Source of the DNA: Squalus acanthias
Taxonomy: Eukaryota
Length of the DNA: 64,000 nt
Reading direction: 5' to 3'
Assembly (NCBI GenBank): GCA_030390025.1
Contig: CM059433.1
Location: 14,634,001 to 14,698,000, forward strand
Shown: positions 1-11,861 of the stretch, piece by piece
How the letters are laid out: each line of letters opens with the position of its first letter
How positions within the stretch are numbered: the stretch's first letter is position 1
Program-made: the position numbers and the translations under genes
The notes under the pieces: generated by a model
Database searches by the model: none
The model's input: the letters and a program-made list of their open reading frames with translations, nothing else
What the model was told of the DNA's origin: nothing

Positions 1-560
1 TTACCCCGGTGTTCCTTGGGTAGAAGCTGTGACGTCCTTTTCCACGTTCCCTCTACAGTTCATCCTCGTTCACCCTCCAGGTGATTGCTGTTAAATCTTC
101 TACACTGAGAATGATTCCAAGCCCCCTGATTATACGCCACAAACAGGAACTTGCAGCAGAATTCGTCCAATCACGTTTTCTGCCATAATCCCCCCTCAAC
201 CTACCCAATCATATTGATGATACGTACAGGCACAGGCGGTGCTTGGGCCTTTCTTATCTCTGCCTCCAGCCTCATCACAAGCTTCTATTGTCTCTGGATT
301 AATGGCCCATCCTGCAGACCTTGAAACGAACAGCCTTACTGTCTGTAATCGAGTCTCGAAACATTGTCCTCGTTACTATTTTAATTAGAGGAATGAATGT
401 AACTGTGGCCTATCAAAGCTAAGAGATTAAATGTACCAAGGGCCAATATTATAAACTGATCAAAGTGGTTGTAGATTGAACAAAGGAATAAACAGCATAC
501 TTGTTCGACTGGGAGAGCCTATTATCAACTGTAGCAGTTTAAGATGAATCCGCTGTTACA
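1..560 (-). mobile_element. Possible LTR (U3-like) fragment, running off the window start
   Basis: Minus strand begins TGTAACAG at 560. Two CCAAT boxes (plus strand, ~167 and ~206) and a minus-strand TATAA (~130-134) follow in promoter order. No coding sequence or second LTR is visible. Confidence 0.25.
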
Positions 561-612
561 TGCAAGTTGCAATTTTTTAATTCTTCGGATCAGTTTCCCC
601 AAATACTTTTTA

Positions 613-2320
613 AGAACATAAGAACATAATAGGAGTAGGAGTCGGCCATTTGGCCCTTCGAGCCTGCTCCGCCATTCAATGAGATCATGGCTGATCTTCT
701 GCCTCAACTCCATTCACCGGCCCTATCACCATATCCCTTGAGGCCCTTACTAGTCAGAAATCTATCGACTTCTGTTTTGAATATACCCAATGACTGAGCC
801 TCCACAGCCCTCTGGGGTAGAGAATTCCAAAGATTCACCACCATCTGTGTGAAGAAATTTCTTCTCATCTCAGTCCTGAATGGCCTACCCTTTATCCTGA
901 GGCTGTGGCCCCTGGTTCTAGACTCCCCAGCCAAGGGAAACATTCTCCCATCATCCACCCTATCAAGCCCTGTGATAATTTTGTATGCTTCATGAGATCC
1001 CCTCTCATTCTTCTGAATTCAAGAGAATACAGGCCTAGTTGACTCAATCTCTTCTCATACGACAGTCCCGCCATCCCAGGAACCAATCTCGTGAACCTTC
1101 GTTGCACTCCCTCTATGGCAAGTATAAGGAGACCAAAATTGTACACAGTACTCCAGGTGTGGTCTCACCAAGGCCCTATATAATTGGAGTAAGACTTCTT
1201 TACTCCTGTACTTAAATCCTCTTGTAATGAAGGCCAGCATACCATTTGCCTTCCTAATGGCTTGCTGCACCTGCACATTCACTTTCAGTGACTCATGTAC
1301 AAGGACACCCAGGTCCGTTTGAGCATCTGCATTCCCCAATCTTTCACCATTTAGGAAATACTCTGCCTTTCTGTTTTTTCTACCAAAGTGGATAACTTCA
1401 CATTTATCCACATTATATTCCATCTGCCATGTTCGCGCCCACTCACTGAGCCTGTCGAGATCCCCTTGAAGCCTCTTCACATCCTCTTCACAACTGACAC
1501 TGCCACCTAAGCTTTGTATCATCAGCAAATTTGGAAATGTTACATTTAGTCCCCTCATCCAAATCATTGATATAGATTGTGAATAGCTGGGGCCCAAGCA
1601 CCGATTCTTGCGGTACCCCACTAGTCACAGCCTGCCATCCTGAAAAAGACCCGTTTATCCCTACTCTTTGTTTTCTGTCTGTTAACCAATTCTCAATCCA
1701 TGCTAATATATTTCCCCCAATTCCATGTGCCCTAATTTTGTTCACCAACCTCTTGTGTGGGACCTTATCGAAGGCCTTCTGAAAATCCAAATACACCACA
1801 TCTACCGGTTCCCCTTTGTCTACTCCACTAGTTACATTCTCAAATAACTCCAATAGGCTTGTCAAACAGGATTTCCCTTTCATAAATCCATGTTGACTCT
1901 GCCCAATCTTACTATTAGTTTCTAAATGCCCAGTTATTGCATCCTTTACAATAGATTCCAGCATTTTCCCAACTACTGATGTGAGGCTAACAGGTCTGTA
2001 GTTCCCCGTTTAAATAGCGGAGTTACATTTGCTACCCTCCAATCTGCAGGAACCGTTCCAGAATCTATAGAATTTTGGAAGATGACAACCAATGCGTCCA
2101 CTATCCCAATGGCCACCTCTTTCAAAACCCTAGGATGTAGGTCATCCGGTCCTTGGGATTTATCGACTTTTAGTCCCATTAATTTTGCTAGTACTGTTTT
2201 TTTACTAATAATAATTTCTTTAAGTTCCTCATTCTCGCCACACCCTTGGTTTTCTTGTATTTCTGAGAGGTTTTTTGTGTCTTCCTCCGTGAAGACAGAA
2301 ACAAAGTATTTATTTAATTT
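613..2320 (-). mobile_element. CR1-clade LINE, 5'-truncated, frameshifted ORF2 (RT)
   Basis: ORFs 1973-2377, 1488-1964, 1055-1621, 892-1146 and 704-958 carry [39 protein letters not shown] and RPHLEYCVQFW. The 3' tail is a (TTCTTATG)n microsatellite at ~613-630. Confidence 0.95.
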
Positions 2321-2449
2321 CCCATGTTTCCTTCGGCACTCAATACCTGCTATTGCCCTCAAAACTGGCACAAACATTCTGCTGGGATTTTTTTGGACTT
2401 GGATTTATTCTCCCATTTCTATTAAGCTCTTTGATACTTCACATTGTAT

Positions 2450-3740
2450 ACACTTTCTTCCATCCAACAACCTCCCCCTCTTGCTCATACTTGCTGCTTC
2501 TTGCTCTCAGCATCCACACTGTGCTGAGCTGCCTCACACATCTTCACAAACCTTCACAGAGCACACATTGCCCCACTCCCACTCCTCTTGTCGGGGAAGC
2601 TGCACACAATAGAAGCTGGAGTACAAGAATGGATGGAAGTGCAGCCACATTGCAAACTCTCACACCAATGGCTGATCCTGCCTTTGACATCATTGGCAGG
2701 AGGAGGGCACTGGAGCACTGGAGATGGTGAGGCTGGAGTGCATGCACAGCAACAGTGTATTTGGGCATTTCCCTTCCTTTTTTTCCCCAGCTTAACTCTC
2801 TTGCACGCCCATGCACACACACAATGCTTGACAACCCGCTGTTGCATTACACTGCTTAACCATGTCATTACGTGCTAATCCTTATCCCTCTGCCCTTTTT
2901 CTAGATCCTTCTGATGACTCAAGCCCTGCGGCTTCAAAGATGGAGAGAGGAGACTACCCTCCTGAAGATGCACCATCACTTTTCAGATGAGATGTTAAAG
3001 CGAGGCCCCGTTTGTCCACATAGGTGGACGTTAAAAAATCCATGGCACAATTTTGAAGAAAAGCATGGGAATTATCCTCGGTGTCCTGGCCAATATTTAT
3101 CCCTCAACCAAAATCTAAAAATGGGTTATCTGCTCATTATCGCATTGCTGTTTGTGGAGCTTGCTGTGCGCAAATTGGCTGCCGCGTTTCCTACATTACA
3201 ACAGTGACTACACTTCAAAAAGTACTTCATTGGCTGTAAAGTGCTTTGGGACGTCCTAAGGTTGTGAAAGGCGCTATAGAAATGCTTGCTTCTTTATCAC
3301 TTGCTCATACCTTTCTAAGCACCAGCACAGAAATCGGCACCTGGGGTGATCTAGATGGTGAGTTCGAGGGGTCTGCACAGGATGATTCACAGAGCACAAG
3401 TGAGTAGGGGCAGGTGCAACTGGAAAGGACACTCCAGGAAAGGGCTCGCCAGAAAGCAAGCTCAGGTCCTGGCTCTGCTGAAGAGGGAGAGATTCGGACA
3501 TTAGGGGCTCAGCCTTCAAAGGAATAATGTTTTCTGCACACCAGCTATTGCTGAATGTATTGAACTGCCTGCCTGGGAGCACCCACAAAACGTTGGAGAT
3601 TGAAGCGGAGTCCACGACCAACTTGTGAGGGGTTCTTGCGCATGACATCGACGCACTGCACTCAACAATGGAGCTTGTGGTCACTCCGTGGACTCTGTAT
3701 GAAGATTTAATTAAAAGCAGGCGTCCTGTAAACAACATCA
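2450..3740 (+). pseudogene. Degenerate Harbinger Myb/SANT-like gene (exon 2 and exon 3 remnants), split by a SINE
   Basis: AAHNRSW...LQTLTP...GDGEAG at ~2600-2740 aligns with exon 2 of the Harbinger genes at 32144 and 54082. An acceptor (ttttctag, ~2904) is followed by an acidic exon-3-like sequence that resumes after 3296. Confidence 0.55.
2980..3296 (+). mobile_element. DeuSINE (SacSINE1-like), 5'-truncated
   Basis: Matches the 3' two-thirds of 37934-38406: Deu domain ...gcttgctgtgcgcaaattggctgccgcgtttcc, L2-type tail aaggcgctatagaaatgc. Confidence 0.85.
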
Positions 3741-3794
3741 ATTTTCAAAGTTAGGCTCGACTGAACATAGATGAGCTCTATCTGATATTATAGA

Positions 3795-4190
3795 ATGAAC
3801 TTGCGCTTTATAGCGCCTTTCACAACCTCAGCATGTACCAAAGCACATTTGAATGAAGTACTTTTGACGTGCAGTCATTGTTGTATTGTAGGAAACACAA
3901 CAGCAAATTTGCACACAGCAAACTCCCACAGACAGCAATGAGACAATGACCAGATCATCTGTTTTTAGTAATGTTGATTAAGGGATACATATTGGCCAGG
4001 ACACCGGGGAAAACGCCTCTGCTCTTCTTCAAATAGCGTCATGTGATCTTTTACAGCCATCTGAGAGGGCAGATATCAGTTTAACGCCCCATCCAAAAAA
4101 CAGCACCTCCGACAGTGCAGCACTCCCTCAGTACACAATCTTCTGACTCAGAGACGAGAGTGCTACCCACTGAGCCAACACTGGCACTCA
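3795..4190 (-). mobile_element. DeuSINE (SacSINE1-like)
   Basis: Reverse complement matches 37934-38406, including the tRNA-like head ggctcagtgggtagcactc, with an internal deletion. Confidence 0.85.
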
Positions 4191-4779
4191 TTGCGAGCAG
4201 TGATCAGTAGTGAGAGCCTTAGGAACTGTGGGAAACTGGAAGCTCCATTATTTGTAAGTCAAGTTATAAAACTTTTTGAATTAAAATTCATTCTTAAAGT
4301 AATTTAAACATAAATTAATAATAAATTGAGGATTGAGCCATATGGGGCCTTAACAGGAAGTTTTCCTTGAAGGACAGTAACCACATCATGGAAACTATTG
4401 CAACATGTTGCCGGAAAAATACACAAGTTAAAAAAAATTAGCACAAAATAAAATTAGCAAAAACTGTATCTCGAAAGTTCACTTGGGTTCCTTGGAGAAA
4501 CCTATTCTAAACATGGAATATAATTACCATCAATTGAAATATTACATCATTAGAATCAAACTGAGCTACTTGCACAGAAATGAAGTCCACAGCACTTACT
4601 CTAATTTAGCATGCTTGCCCCTGTTCATAGCTGTTTGTGTCAGATTTATGTAATGTTCAACTATTCTGCTTCACGCATACACTGTGAATCCTCAGTATAT
4701 TTCCAATGACAGTTAAGTGACTATAAAACACACTGAGAGTGAGGCAAATGAAATTATTCAGTCTTACAGGAACAATTTG

Positions 4780-5123
4780 TGTTCAATGTAATCATGCATA
4801 AGTACATCAATATCACAACTATGGATAATTTTTCTAACAGTTCATTTTTTCTCTCAGTATGAGGTAAAGCATTCTCTTTAAACATCCGAAACAACTTTAC
4901 AATGGCGATCATCGTACTAAACCCAAGTTGCAGCTTATGTTACCTATTATCAACATAAAGCACCAGATAATAAATGTTATTTATTAAAAGTAATGTCGAG
5001 AGAATTATACAATTCAAAGTGCATTTAAACAATTCCATGCTATAAATGAAATCCACTCTTAATGCAAAGTTGATTGACTTTATTAGCTGAAAATTAGATT
5101 TTTAGCGCTAAATTCACAACTAC
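4780..5123. repeat. Left arm of a 344-bp inverted duplication (partner 7107-7450)
   Basis: Direct comparison gives a reverse-complement match with only scattered substitutions. Confidence 0.95.
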
Positions 5124-5223
5124 GACATTGCAAAATTCAAATGAATGCATCATTTAAAATTTTTAGCATGTAAAACACTTTCAAAATATCAGTAGACTGT
5201 AAGATACAACCTTATTTTGATGG

Positions 5224-5420
5224 CCATGATGCGGAGATGCCGGTGTTGAACTGGGGTGGACAAAAGTGAGAAGTCGCACAACACCAGGTTATAGTCCAAC
5301 AGTTTTATTTGAAATCACAAGCTTTCGGAGCTTCACCTGACGAAGGAGCAGCGCTCCGAAAGCTTGTGATTTCAAATAAAACTGTTGGACTATAACCTGG
5401 TGTTGTGCGACTTCCCACTT
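5224..5420. mobile_element. Penelope-like element terminal (pLTR) insertion, inverted/palindromic
   Basis: Arms of ~70 bp (5262-5331 and 5353-5422) are inverted with one mismatch. A 12-bp TSD ttattttgatgg lies at 5212-5223 and 5421-5432. A hammerhead core is present. Confidence 0.85.
5333..5369 (+). ncRNA. Minimal type I hammerhead ribozyme
   Basis: tcac-CTGACGA-a-GGAGC agc GCTCC-GAAA-gc-TT-gtga: core boxes, stem II, 4-bp stem I and palindromic AAGCTT stem III. Confidence 0.8.
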
Positions 5421-6566
5421 TTATTTTGATGGGTCATGGGAGCCTCTTACTGGGAACACCTTTGCAGTGGTGAAAATGTTCCTTTAATTCTATAGCACCT
5501 ATTAAACATAGTGTCGAAAATATGGTAAACTTTTCCCAACTGTTCGTTTCAATGATATATTCCATGCTGAGTGCCATGTACTGTAACGCTGTTGCTATAT
5601 CCCTGTTCTGGAAGTAGCCCCCCAAAAATTCTTTACTAATAACAAATGTTAAAGATTATTTTTCTGTGTCTTAAGCAAGTGCATTCTTTTCCATGCAACC
5701 TGCACTACAGGAAGTGCATCATTTGCATTTTTTTAAAATAAAAAGCTTTTGATGCTTCCTTTTTTTTTGTTTCTTGCAACTCCCCAAGTCCTGATCCAAG
5801 CCCAGCCGCACCACTTGTGAAACAAAAGGAGATTTCATCGAGTTTAACTCGGCAGTGCTGATGGTTCCCCGCAGTCTACCTCAATTATCTGATGCTTTTA
5901 TGCATCTCTATTGCATCAGATTTAGATGAAAGAAAATCTGAGTGAAAGGTCCTACCCGAACAGAGCAGCTACACTCCCGGGGAGTCGTCAGATGTTTCGT
6001 ACAGCAATCTGTCTCTGGAAATTATCCCAGATTCCTGAGGCCACGCACCGTGATGACTACAGCCTGTCACAGAATTATGATTTTTTTTTTGTTTAAATGC
6101 TGTTTGGCCTCTACACATTTGTTCAAATGCATATTTCCTTTAGTGGCCATGTTGTAGCAGTAGAGTGGCAGTCTCTAATGCTGGGGGACTCCAGTACTTC
6201 CAATACCACTCGCAGGCTTGCTTAACGCTCGAATTTTGTTCGCCCCAACGTGCATGTTTTTACCTTGGTTGTAAAATGGAATGTTTTGCAATTGTCAAGA
6301 GTCCTATCCTGGGAAGAGAATGTACAGACAGGCTGTACCCAGACTGGCAACGTGCAACTTGCCATGATTATGTGGTGGACTGCTGATTCCCCTATGGGGA
6401 ATTGAATGGTTCAGATTGACCCATCCATCTGGATGAAGGAGGACAGCACTGGAAGGAAGTGTGGTGACCTGGGTCAAGGGCATCAAAGTTGGTGGAGGTT
6501 GAAAGGATGATTTAAAAAAAAAAATCTTTTACTGGCTAATGGACCCATGTTAATAGAAATACGTAG

Positions 6567-7541
6567 GGGGAGATATTGGTCCTCATCGCGACCTTTTTTT
6601 TTAGGTGCAAACTTTGCGTCAGGGCACTTTCCGGATGCGATCTCCCGCACCAGATCCCCTGGAAGTGCCCATGGTGCCAACCTAAAACAGGCATTAGGCA
6701 CCTTGAATATGCTAATGGAGGCTTAACGCCTGCCTTAGGAGCCGGTGCCATATTCAGCAGAAACTGGGAGGAACATGAGGCACGCAAGCTGCGTTCTGTT
6801 TTTCTGGGTATACTGTAACTTAACTAACTGTCCATAAAGGGGGCCCTGGAGGCTGCCGAAGAATAGCTAACTTTGCTTATCTCAACGTGGAACAAGGAGG
6901 AGCAGTGCCCCCTGCTGGATCCACAGCAATACTTCGGGACACTGCCCCCCCCGCCGGCCCTGTCGCCTCCCCTCCAATCCCTCACCCAGGGCTTACTCGC
7001 GGATCAGCTCAGTGTCCGAGCCAGCTGAATTTGAGAAGGCCCATCGAGATGCCTGATTGGTGTCTGCAGCTTGTCGGTTTTACGTAGATGAGGCCCAAGA
7101 CCCACAGTAGATGTGAATTTTGCGCTAAATATCTAATTTTCAGTTAATAAAGTCAATCAACTTTGCATTAAGAGTGGGTTTCATTTATAGCATGGAATTG
7201 TTTAAATGCACTTTGAATTGTATCATTCTCTCGACATTACTTTTAATAAATAACATTTATTATCTGGAGCTTTATGTTGATAATAGGTAACATAAGCTGC
7301 AACTTGGGTTTAGTACGATGATCGCCATTGTAAAGTTGTTTTGGATGTTTAAAGTGAATGCTTTACTTCATACTGAGAGAAAAAATGAACTGTTAGAAAA
7401 ATGATCCATAGTTGTGATATTGATGTACTTATGCATGATTACATTGAACATGTGCACCTCAGGCCTCTGTCTTCGGGCACACATTCCACAAGCAACACCC
7501 GCTTCACAACGGCTTTTGGTGTGAGGCCAATTTCCTGGCCC
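6567..7541. mobile_element. Harbinger-type MITE containing a captured inverted copy of local DNA
   Basis: Imperfect TIRs gggagatattggtcctca / tgaggccaatttcctggccc, TAG on both flanks, GC-rich body. Confidence 0.55.
7107..7450. repeat. Right arm of the inverted duplication of 4780-5123
   Basis: AT-rich block embedded in the GC-rich MITE, reverse complement of 4780-5123. Confidence 0.95.
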
Positions 7542-7689
7542 TAGTCATGAAAATATGCGCTCTCACATTTAACTTAAAATACAGTAGTATTCACAAATGT
7601 TTAGTGCAGAACCATTGAACTAGAACTTGCAACAGCAGAAATCAATGCAGGTCCACATTTAAAACTATCACAAAGTATAATTTATATTC

Positions 7690-10105
7690 TTATAGGAACA
7701 GGAGAAGGCCATTCAGCCCCTCAAGCCTGTTCTGCCATTCAATGAGATCATGGCTGATCTGTGCTCTAACTCCATATACCCGCATTTGACCCATATCCCT
7801 TAATACCTCTGGTTAACAAAAAGCTATCAATCTCAGATTTAAAATTAACAATTGATCTTGCATAAATTGCTGTTTGCGGAAGAGAGTTCCAAACTCTACC
7901 ACCCTTTGTGTGTAGAAGTGTTTCCTAATTTCACTCCTGAAAGGTCTGGCTCTAAATTTTTAGACTATGCCCCCGAGTCCCAGAATCCCCAACCAGCGGA
8001 AATAGTTTCTCTCTATCTACCCTCTGTTCCCCTTAATATCCTGAAAACTTCGATCAGATCACCCCTTAACCTTCTAAATTCTCGGGAATAAAACCCTAAT
8101 TTGTGCAAGCTCTCTTCGTAACTTAACCCTTGAAGTCCGGGTATCATTCTGGTAAACCTACACTGCACTCCCTCCAAGGTCAATATATCCTTCCTAAGGT
8201 GTGGTGCCCAGACTTGCTCACAGTACTCCAGGTGTGGTCTAACCAGGGTTTTGTGTAGCTGCAGCATAACTTCTACCCCCTTGTATTCTAGTCCTCTAGA
8301 TATAAAGGCCAGCATCCCATTAGCCTTTTTGTACCTGTTCATGACATTTTAATGATTAATGTACCTGAACCCCCAAGTCTCTTTGGACATCCACTGTTTT
8401 GGTTTTCACCATTTAGAAAGTACCCTGTTCTATCATTTTTTGGTCCAAAGTGGATGACCTCACATTTGCTTACATTGAAATCCATTTGCCACAGTTTTGC
8501 CCATTCACTTAATCTATCAATATCCCTTTGTAATTTTATGCTTTCATCTACACTGCCTACAATGCCGCCTATCTTTGTGTCATTGGCAAATTTGGATATA
8601 TGACTTTCTATGCCATCATCTAAGTCATTAATAAATATTGTGAATAGTTGAGACCACAACACAGATCCCTGCGGGACACCACTAGTCACATCCTGCCAAT
8701 TTGAGTACCTGCCCATTATCCCTACTCTCTGCCGCTCAGCCAATTTCCTAACCAGGTCAATAATTTGCCCTCAATTCCGTGGGCTTCTACCTTAGTTAAC
8801 AGTCTCTTATGTGGGACTTTATCAAATGCCTTCTGGAAGTCCATATAAATAACATCTGTAGACATTCCCCTGTCCACTACTTTAGTCACCTCTTCAAAAA
8901 ATTCAATCAGGTTGGTCAGGCATGACCTGCCTTTCACAAATCCACGCTGGCTCTCTCTGATCAACTGAAAATTTGCGATGTGTTCAGTCACCCTATCCTT
9001 AATTATAGACTCCAGCATGTTAGGCTAACTAGTCTATAATTCCCTGGTTTCCTCCTCTCGCAAGTCTTAAAAAGCAGAGTGACATGCACAATTTTCCAAT
9101 CTAAAGGGACGGTTCCTGAATCTAGAGAACTTTGGAAGATTATAGTTAGGGCATCTGCAATGTACTCACCTACTTCCTTTAAAACTTTGGGATGGAAACC
9201 ATCTGGCCCTGGGGATTTGTCACTCTTCAGTGCCATTATTTTCTTCATTACTGTTATTTTACTTACGTTAATTTTATTGAGTTCCTGTCCCTGATTCAAT
9301 ATTAGTTTCTTTGGGATTTCCAGCATGCTAGCCTCTTCTTCTACTGTAAATACTGATGCAAAGTAATTATTCAATATGTCCGCCATTGTCACCACTTTCA
9401 GTTTTTAAGGGGCCAACATTGCTCCTGACCACCCTCTTTTTCCTAATGTAACTGTAAAAATTCTTCATATTGATTTTGATATCTCTTGCAAGTTTCTTTT
9501 CATATTCCCTTTTTGTAGCTCTTACTATCTGTTTTGTGACCCTTTCCTGTTCTTTGTATCTTTCCCATTCGCCAGGATCTGTGCTATTTTTTGTATGCTC
9601 TTTCCTTTAGTTTTATGCTGTCCCTTACCTCTTTAGTTGTCCATAGCTGGTTTTTTTTGGCAAGTAGAGCTCTTGCCCCTCAGGGGTATAAACTGGTTCT
9701 GTATCACATTAAATTCTTTTTTAAACATCTCCCACTGATCTTCTGTCGTTTTACCCATTAACAGATTTGCCCAGTTTACTGTGGCCAATCTGTCTCATCC
9801 CATTGAAGTCAGCCTTATCTAACTCTAGAATCTTAGTAGCTGATTCACGTTTCTCCCTTTTAAACACTACATTGAACTCGATCATGTTATGATCGCTATT
9901 GGATAAATGTTCACGCACAGTTAGGCTGTTAACTAAATCTGGCTTATTACTCATTACTAAGTCTAATATGGCTTGCCCCCTTGTTGCCTCTCGGACATAT
10001 TGTTGCAGAAAACTATCCCGGACACACTGACAGATGCTAGTCTGCTTTTCCCAATCTATATGAAAGTTAAAATCTCCCATTAAAACCACTCTGCCTTTGC
10101 TACAT
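7690..10105 (-). mobile_element. CR1-clade LINE (end of endonuclease plus RT), degenerate
   Basis: ORFs with VLMGDFN...SDHN (9751-10089), [30 protein letters not shown] and RPHLEYC. CR1 3' UTR near 7690-7800. Confidence 0.95.
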
Positions 10106-10762
10106 GCTGGAGATCTTATGGGGATCCGAAGGTTTTATCTGACAATTGATCCAAATGCTGTCAGATGAGATGCTTCTCAAACATTCTTGGGAGCTCCTAC
10201 ACATCTGTAGTTTATATCCACTGGAGAAAGGCTTATGCTGTAACTTCCCTTTCCTCTCCAAAGCCCTTGAGCGTGTTGTCGCCTCCCAAATCTGTGTCCA
10301 TCTTTCCAGGAAATCCATGTTTGAATCTTTCCAATCAGATTTCTGGCCCTGCCACAGTACTGAAACGGCTCTTATCAAAGTCACAAATGACATCCTATGT
10401 GACTGTGACAAAGGTAAACTATCCCTCCTCATCCTTCTCAACCCTTTGACACAGTAGACCACACCATCCACACCATCCTCCTCCAACGCCTCTCCTCCAT
10501 TGTCCAGCGAGATGGGACTGCACGCGCCTGGTTCCATTCTTATCTATCTAATCGTAGCCAGATAATTAGGCTGCCCCTCGGCAACATCATCCAAAAGCAC
10601 AGTGCCAGTTTCCACATGAACGCTGATGACGACCAGCTCTAGTTCACCACCACCTCTCTAAACCCTGCCGCTGTATCTAAATTGTCTTACTGCTTGACCG
10701 ACATCCAGTATTGGATGAGCAGAATTTTCCTCCAACTAAATATTGGGAAGACTGAAGCCATT

Positions 10763-11599
10763 GGGCTGGATTTTGATACTCAGGTCAGGTTGGTGTCGTG
10801 AAGCCCACATTTTGGCTTGTAAACCCGCCTCCATCGAGATGTGGCCAACCCACTGTATTTTCCCTTGATTGACCTTGTTGAGCCCACCCAGTGGGCTCAG
10901 CAGGCCAATTAAGGGCCACCCGGCAACAGGTGACGTCACAGATTGACATTTCATCTGTCAAGAGCTTTTGACAGATGAAATATCAGTGTTTGACAGCTCT
11001 GTGAAGCTGTCAAACACTGACAATATGATTTCTAACTTGAGTCCTTTCTCTCAGGCTGAGTTAGAAATCATTCCACCACAGAAAACAGAAGGCTGCAGTT
11101 TTTGACAAGACCACGGCTTTTCTGCTTTCTGTGCCGGTGAGATTTCTGACTCCTGAGAACTGAAGGGCTGACACCTGCAGGAGGAAGTTAAGGTAAGTAA
11201 AACTTTTTCCCACACTTAGCACTTACCTTACACACTTACCTCTGCACACATGCACCCATCACTCACCTGCCCACCGGACATATCGACCCCTCCAACCCCT
11301 GCAGACCCACGGTCCGCCCCGATAACTTGGCGTGGTTGCCACCTGTCGGGAAGCCCACATTTCACCCTTTAAAATAGGGATTATCCAAAAAACTGCCTGT
11401 TAACAGCAGTTAATTGTCAATAATCCCTTCCCGCCTCAGGGAGTCGGGTCTCAGCACAGGTCGGGTACCCGCCGCCAGCAAAACTGGCATGGAGGCGGGT
11501 TGGAGGCGGGATGGGGTCGGGACCCCCAAATCTGCAACTTTAACCCCCCCCCCCCCCCGCCTCCAAACCCGCCTCCACGGGTCATTGAAAATCCAGCCC
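10763..11599. mobile_element. Harbinger-type MITE, 837 bp
   Basis: Perfect 12-bp TIRs GGGCTGGATTTT / AAAATCCAGCCC. 3-bp TSD ATT at 10760-10762 and 11600-11602. Removing it restores the L2 frame TEA-IVFGP. Confidence 0.92.
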
Positions 11600-11861
11600 A
11601 TTGTCTTCGGTCCCCGCCACAAACTCAATTCCCTAGCCACCAACTCCATCCCTCTCCCTGGCAACTGTCTGAGGCTGAACCAGCCTGTTTGCAACCTTGG
11701 TGTCGCATTTGACCCCGAGATGAGCTTCCGACCACTTATCTGCGCCATCACTAAGAACACCTATTTCCACCTCTGTAACATCGCCCGACTCAACCCCTGC
11801 CTCAGCTCATCTGTTGCTGAAACCCTCATCCATGTCTTTGTTACCTCTAGACTTGACTATT

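Noticed and set aside
4850..4920. C/D snoRNA-like motif on the minus strand (cgatga ... ctttacctcata-CTGA)
   Set aside because: Box C is imperfect, there is no terminal stem, and I cannot support the guide match to vertebrate rRNA.
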